From Paracoccus suum (GTDB lineage Bacteria > Pseudomonadota > Alphaproteobacteria > Rhodobacterales > Rhodobacteraceae), in assembly GCF_003324675.1 (NCBI RefSeq), contig NZ_CP030918.1:1920001-1952000 (forward strand): a DNA stretch of 32,000 nt, written 5' to 3'. A program made the translations under genes and the position numbers. This document shows, one piece after another, positions 25,399 through 32,000 of this stretch (the first letter of the stretch is position 1; each line of letters starts with the position of its first letter). Below the pieces are notes generated by a model that had not been told where the DNA came from, did no database searches, and saw nothing but the letters and a program-made list of their open reading frames with translations.

Positions 25399-25884
25399 TC
25401 AGCGCAGGCGGCGCGCCGCGACCGACCAGAGGCCCGCCAGCAGCAGCGAGGCAACCACGTTCCAGGCGGCCATGCTGAAGCCCAGGATCAGCAGCGCCGG
25501 CTCGTCGCAGCGCACGACGGGGGCGGCGTTGATCTTCGCCATCAGCTGATCGACGCTGAGGCTGCCGATGTTGCTGGCGCCGCCGCTGCATTGCGCGGGA
25601 CCGGCCCACCATTTCCACTCGACCCCCGCGTGGTAGAAGGCGATGCCCGCGCAGGCCAGCATCACGATCACCCCGGCCCAGGCGAGCGCACGGGCACTGG
25701 TCCGCCCAGGCATGAACCAGGCAACGATCCCCAGCGCCAGCGCCGCTACATGCGGCCAGCGTTGCAGGATGCACAACTCGCAGGGCGGGTAGCCGGCATA
25801 TTGAAAGCCGAACACCGTTGCGAGCAGCAGCCCCGAGAGAAGCCCCGCAAGAAGCATGATCTGCCGTGCCGTTGCCGTTCGCAT
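25399..25884 (-). CDS. dsbB: disulfide bond formation protein B (DsbB family)
   Basis: 161 aa from ATG 25884 (GAGGA SD). Four TM segments, a first periplasmic-loop CxxC (PPCELCILQRWPH), and a second Cys pair (AQCSGG...VVRCDEP). Confidence 0.8.
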   Translation of the reverse strand: MRTATARQIMLLAGLLSGLLLATVFGFQYAGYPPCELCILQRWPHVAALALGIVAWFMPGRTSARALAWAGVIVMLACAGIAFYHAGVEWKWWAGPAQCSGGASNIGSLSVDQLMAKINAAPVVRCDEPALLILGFSMAAWNVVASLLLAGLWSVAARRLR

Positions 25885-26102
25885 CGCTGTCCTCGTCGCT
25901 GACCATCGGGCCGTTTCACGCGGCCCCTCGTCGCCGCTCGGGCTGCCGCCGTCAAGTTCCGCGTTGGCCGCGGGACCCACCCGGACGCCCCGCGCGCGGG
26001 ATCGTGAGGAACCGTGGGGCAACGCCGCTCGTTGCCCGTGTTGCGCGGGACTGTTACGCGTGGGCGACAGTGCGGCGTTGGCCAGCAGGAGGCGGTAAGC
26101 AT

Positions 26103-26954
26103 ATGGAATGGCGCGGACAACGGGGCAGCAGCAACATTGATGACCGCCGCGGGATGAGCGCGGGCGGAATCGGCGGGCTGGGGCTTGTGGGCACGTTGGT
26201 GGTGCTGGCCGTCGGCTGGTTCTTCGGCATCGACATCTCGCCGCTGGTCGGTGCGATGCAGGGCGAGACCCAGCAGACCCAGGTCGATCCCTCGCAACTC
26301 TCGCCCGAGCAGCGCGAGTCGGGCGAGTTCGTCTCGACCGTCCTCGCCAGCACCGAGGACGTCTGGCAGAAGGTCCTGCCCGAGCAGACGGGGGTCCAGT
26401 ATACGGACCCGAGCATGGTACTTTACAGCGGTCAGGTGCAGTCAGCTTGCGGTGGCGCCTCGGCGGCGATGGGACCATTCTACTGCCCCAACGACCAGAA
26501 AGTGTATCTGGACACCTCGTTCTTTTCGCAGATGCAGGACCGGATGGGTGCGGGCGGCGATTTTGCCTATGCGTATGTGATCTCGCATGAAATCGGCCAC
26601 CACATCCAGAACTTGATCGGCGTTCTGCCGAAGGTGACCCAGATGCGCCAGCGTGCGTCCGAGGCGGACAGCAACGCCCTGTCGGTACTGACCGAGTTGC
26701 AGGCTGACTGCTTTGCCGGGATTTGGGGCCGCCAAGCCAGCCAGAACCTGAAGATCACGCAAGAGGACTTCAGCGAGGCGATAGGTGCCGCCGGGGCAGT
26801 GGGCGACGACCGCCTGATGGAAGGCGCGGGCCGCGTGCCGATGCCGGACAGCTTTACCCACGGTTCGTCCGCCGACCGACAGAAATGGTTTGCGCGCGGG
26901 TTTGAATCGGGCGAGATCGCGAAGTGCAATACCTTCGGGGAGGCGGGGCTCTGA
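26103..26954 (+). CDS. ypfJ: YpfJ-family neutral zinc metallopeptidase
   Basis: 283 aa from ATG 26103 (CAGGAGG SD). MEWRGQRGSSNIDDRRG start, one TM segment, GPFYCPNDQKVYLD, and the HExxH site in YVISHEIGHHIQN. Confidence 0.85.
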   Translation: MEWRGQRGSSNIDDRRGMSAGGIGGLGLVGTLVVLAVGWFFGIDISPLVGAMQGETQQTQVDPSQLSPEQRESGEFVSTVLASTEDVWQKVLPEQTGVQYTDPSMVLYSGQVQSACGGASAAMGPFYCPNDQKVYLDTSFFSQMQDRMGAGGDFAYAYVISHEIGHHIQNLIGVLPKVTQMRQRASEADSNALSVLTELQADCFAGIWGRQASQNLKITQEDFSEAIGAAGAVGDDRLMEGAGRVPMPDSFTHGSSADRQKWFARGFESGEIAKCNTFGEAGL

Positions 26955-26999
26955 CCGCCGACCCGGCCGCCGCCGCCTGCCGCTGAAAGACCGCCGCCC

Positions 27000-27473
27000 T
27001 TGCCCAATCATGCCGAGACCCGCCGCCTGCCCTGGAGCGCCGAGCAGATGTATGGCCTCGTGGCCGATGTCGAGCGCTACCCGGAGTTCCTGCCGTGGAA
27101 CAGTGCTGCGCGCCTACGTGCGCGCGCGCCGGGGCCTGACGGTTCGGAGGTGATCGACGCTGATCTGGTCATCAGCTTCAAGGTGTTTCGGGAAAGGTTC
27201 GGCAGCCGGGTTACCCTATGGCCGCAGCAGCAGCGGATCGACACCGAATACCTCGATGGCCCGTTTCGCTACCTGCGATCTGGCTGGGCTTTCCGCGACC
27301 GCCCGGAGGGCGGTTGCGAAGTCGATTTCAACGTCGACTTCGAATTCCGCAACCCGATCCTGCAACGCGTGATCGGGGTGGTGTTCGGCGAGGCAATGGC
27401 CCGCATCGTGCGCGCCTTCGAGGACCGGGCCCGCAGCCTGTATGGGCCGGGTCAGGCCCAAGCGCGCATCTGA
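27000..27473 (+). CDS. SRPBCC-fold protein, RatA / COQ10 (polyketide cyclase-dehydrase) family
   Basis: 157 aa. LPWSAEQMYGLVADVERYPEFLPW is the family signature. TTG start. Confidence 0.8.
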   Translation: MPNHAETRRLPWSAEQMYGLVADVERYPEFLPWNSAARLRARAPGPDGSEVIDADLVISFKVFRERFGSRVTLWPQQQRIDTEYLDGPFRYLRSGWAFRDRPEGGCEVDFNVDFEFRNPILQRVIGVVFGEAMARIVRAFEDRARSLYGPGQAQARI

Positions 27474-27481
27474 GAGAATTC

Positions 27482-27498
27482 GCCAACTCGAAGTTGGC
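27482..27498 (+). other. short perfect hairpin after the ratA-like gene
   Basis: GCCAACT (27482-27488) pairs with AGTTGGC (27492-27498). The loop is 3 nt and there is no U tail. Confidence 0.25.
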
Positions 27499-27638
27499 TG
27501 CGGCCCCGAGACTGTCGCCGCGCCGGCGGGAAGCGCGATTGGAAGGCGGCCGTCCGCGGCGTACCCGGGAGCAGGGTTACCCGCAGATCACACTTGGAAG
27601 TTCGGGCGCGCCCCAAGGGGACGCACCCGACACAGATC

Positions 27639-29670
<2,032 letters not shown>

Positions 29671-29671
<1 letters not shown>

Positions 29672-31080
29672 CAGGTCCCGCAATATGTCGCGCGCACGCG
29701 CTCGGCCGGGGCGGGGGCGGCGGCGAAGTCATCCCATTCGGGGCGATCCTCGCGCGGGCGGGTAACGGCGGCGTAAAGGTCGTGGAACGGCGCCAGATTG
29801 CCCTCGCGCGCGGCGGCGATGGCGGCTTCGATGCGGTGGTTGCGCGGGATGCGGCGCGGGTTGGCGCGGGCCATCAGCGCGAGATCCGGCGCCGGTACTC
29901 GCGCGCGCCAGTCCGCGGCGAAGGCGTCGAACCGGCTCGGGTCCGCGAACTCGGACCGGGCAGTGCCGTCCGCCAGCCCGGCGAAGGTGCGGGTGAAGTC
30001 GGCCCCGGCCTCGGCCATGATGACGAGCAGCCGCTCGGCCGAGGCGCGATCCGCCTCGACCGGCGTGGCGATACCCAGTTTTGCGGCAAAGCGGGCTAGC
30101 CATTCGGCCTCGTAGACGGCCGGAAAGCTGTGGACGGCGCGGGTCGCCGCCTCGATCGCGGCATCCTGATCGCCCATCAGCGGGATGAGGCATGTCGCGA
30201 ACTGCGCCAAGTTCCAGACCGCGATCTGCGGCTGGTTGATCCAGGCATAGCGGCCGTTGCGGTCGATGGACGAGAACACCGTCTCGGGGTGGAAGGCGTC
30301 CATGAAGGCGCAGGGGCCGTAATCTATGGTCTCGCCAGAGATCGCCATGTTGTCGGTGTTCATCACGCCATGGATGAACCCTAGGGCCATCCAATGCGTG
30401 ATGGTGCGCGCCTGCGCCGCGATCACGGCGTTCAGCAGGCCGAGGGGGCCGTCCGCATCGGGATAGTGCCGCGCGATGACGTGATCGGTCAGGGCCCGCA
30501 GCGCCTCGGTATCGCCGCGCACGGCAAAGAACTGGTAGGTGCCGACGCGAATATGGCTCGCGGCGATGCGGGTCAGGATGGCGCCGGGCAGGGGCGTCTC
30601 GCGGTAGATCGTCTCGCCGGTGGCAACGGCGGCGAGCCCGCGCGTGGTCGGAACGTCCATGGCGGCCATGAATTCGGACACTAGGTATTCGCGCAGGACC
30701 GGGCCGAGCCACGCCTTTCCATCGCCCATGCGCGAGAAGGGCGTACGGCCCGAGCCCTTCAGCTGGACGTCAAAGCGCGCGCCATCGGGTGCCACCACCT
30801 CGCCCAGCAGCATTGCGCGCCCGTCGCCAAGTTGCGGGACAAAGCCGCCGAACTGGTGCCCGGCATAGGCCTGCGCCAGCGGCGCCGCACCCGGTGGCAT
30901 GGCGTTCCCGGACAGCATCGCCAGTCCCTCGGGACCGGCCAGCCAGTCCACGTCGAGGCCCAGACGCTCGGCGAGAGGGCGGTTCAGCGCGATGAGCTCG
31001 GGCGCGGGGACGGTGTCGGGGGTGCCCCTCGCGAACATCCGCCCCGGCAGGCGGGCATAGCTGTTGTCAAAGCGGATCAT
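29671..31080 (-). CDS. selO: SelO/YdiU-family protein nucleotidyltransferase (AMPylase/UMPylase pseudokinase fold)
   Basis: 469 aa from ATG 31080 (AAGGA SD). [57 protein letters not shown] and [12 protein letters not shown] are SelO hallmarks. Confidence 0.9.
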
Positions 31081-31213
31081 GGCATCCTTGTCCCGCAGGC
31101 GGTCCTTCACATCTAGGGACGCCGGTCGGGATGCAAAAGCCCCGCGGGCGCGCCGTCCGCCACCCGCCGCGGCCGCAGCGGGCTGCGACAGGGCGGGCGC
31201 GGGGGATGCGGCG

Positions 31214-32000
31214 TCAGCCGGCGAGGCGGGCCCGTTCGGCCGCGCGGGCGGCGACGCGGGTGCGGATCGAATCCACATCCGCGACCGGCGTCGCTGCGAA
31301 CAGCTTTTGCGTGTAAGGATGCTGCGGCGCAGAAAAGATCGCGTCGCGGCTGGCGTCCTCGACCACCTCGCCCTTCCACAGCACCATCACTTGGTCGGCC
31401 AGGTAGCGGACCACGGACAGGTCGTGGCTGATGAAGACATAGGTCAGGTTGAACTCGTCCTGCAGGTCCTTGAGCAGGTTCAACACCTGCGCCTGCACCG
31501 ACAGGTCGAGCGCGCTGACCGGCTCGTCCAGCACCAGCAGGGCCGGGTTCAACATCAGCGCTCGCGCGATGGCGATCCGCTGGCGCTGCCCGCCCGAGAA
31601 CATGTGCGGAAAGCGGTTGTAGTGCTCGGCCTTCAGCCCGACGCGTTCGAGCATAGCCATGGCGCGGCGGCGACGCTCGGCCTCCGGCACGCCACCCTGC
31701 AGGCGCAGCGGCTCTGTCAGGACCTGGCCGACCTTCTGGCGCGGGTTGAGGCTGCCATAGGGATTCTGGAACACGATCTGCACGGCCGAGCGCATCTTGC
31801 GGGTGATGCTGCCGTGATTGATGTCGACCGGCTGGCCCTCGATAAGCAACTGCCCCTCGGTCGCAGGATCGATAAGGGTGATGATCCGCGCCAGGGTGGA
31901 CTTGCCGCAGCCGCTCTCGCCGACGACGGCGAGGGTCTTGCCGCGCTCGACCTTGAAGTCGATGCCCTTCAGGGCGCGGACGGCTTTTTTCTGACCGAAC
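31214..32000 (-). CDS. ABC transporter ATP-binding protein, oligopeptide/dipeptide (DppF/OppF-like); 5' end outside window
   Basis: Signature [15 protein letters not shown], Walker [13 protein letters not shown], and an oligopeptide-type C-terminal HPYTQKLF. The same frame stays open past the listed ORF to 32000 and encodes the Walker A (GESGCGKST, reverse complement of 31905-31931). Confidence 0.9.
   Translation of the reverse strand, partial: FGQKKAVRALKGIDFKVERGKTLAVVGESGCGKSTLARIITLIDPATEGQLLIEGQPVDINHGSITRKMRSAVQIVFQNPYGSLNPRQKVGQVLTEPLRLQGGVPEAERRRRAMAMLERVGLKAEHYNRFPHMFSGGQRQRIAIARALMLNPALLVLDEPVSALDLSVQAQVLNLLKDLQDEFNLTYVFISHDLSVVRYLADQVMVLWKGEVVEDASRDAIFSAPQHPYTQKLFAATPVADVDSIRTRVAARAAERARLAG

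Noticed and set aside
26017-26037. Perfect 8-bp hairpin GGGCAACG/CGTTGCCC in the dsbB/ypfJ divergent spacer
   Set aside because: It is real as sequence, but no upstream gene needs a terminator there, there is no U tail, and its meaning cannot be judged without TSS data. Too weak to report as a finding.
25885-26478. N-terminal 198-codon extension of the dsbB ORF (359-aa version)
   Set aside because: The extension is Arg/Pro/Ala-rich and antisense to the ypfJ start. DsbB-like sequence with TM1 and CxxC begins at the internal ATG 25884, which has a GAGGA SD.

Overview
This is a GC-rich window; third codon positions are almost all G/C. It reads as core chromosome of an alphaproteobacterium, probably Rhodobacterales-like. 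That placement is an inference from gene content and order: an F0-only atp operon with both b and b' subunits, sdhCDA-x-x-B, and an FdVI-type ferredoxin.

I support about 38 protein-coding genes:
- gor, then hflK-hflC-degP and an adrenodoxin-type 2Fe-2S ferredoxin.
- A hypothetical gene on the minus strand, then CitE-like, NnrU-like and DUF1737-like genes.
- The succinate dehydrogenase operon sdhC-sdhD-sdhA-(two small lipoprotein genes)-sdhB.
- A small ORF with a DUF1989-like gene, and an ArsR-family regulator.
- The ATP synthase F0 operon atpI-atpB-atpE-atpF'-atpF, then an OmpA-like lipoprotein.
- nth, a PfkB kinase and tgt, with overlapping stop/start codons.
- fpr with an Rrf2 regulator, then an alpha/beta hydrolase, OsmC, a DMT transporter, DsbB, a YpfJ-type Zn peptidase and a RatA/COQ10 SRPBCC protein.
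- eno, an EEP-family hydrolase coupled to selO/ydiU, and the 3' part of a Dpp/Opp-type ABC ATPase.

I found no rRNA, tRNA, CRISPR array, transposase, integrase, phage gene or recognisable defence gene. I see no convincing evidence for a new multi-gene system; this looks like an ordinary housekeeping region.

The observations most worth a second look are small-scale:
1. Two lipoprotein genes inside the sdh operon, the first translationally coupled to sdhA.
2. A three-segment set of mutually exclusive hairpins, attenuator-like, just after sdhB.
3. A selO-EEP gene pair sharing a TGATG junction.
4. A roughly 300-nt tgt/fpr spacer with stacked terminators and anti-SD-like loops, a possible sRNA.
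5. Twin TGTGATCAC palindromes upstream of sdhC.
6. An hflK reading frame that misses a preserved TGATG junction by one base.
7. A Cys-poor Rrf2 regulator in tandem with fpr.

All family assignments rest on motifs I recognise by eye in the supplied translations. No database search was run.
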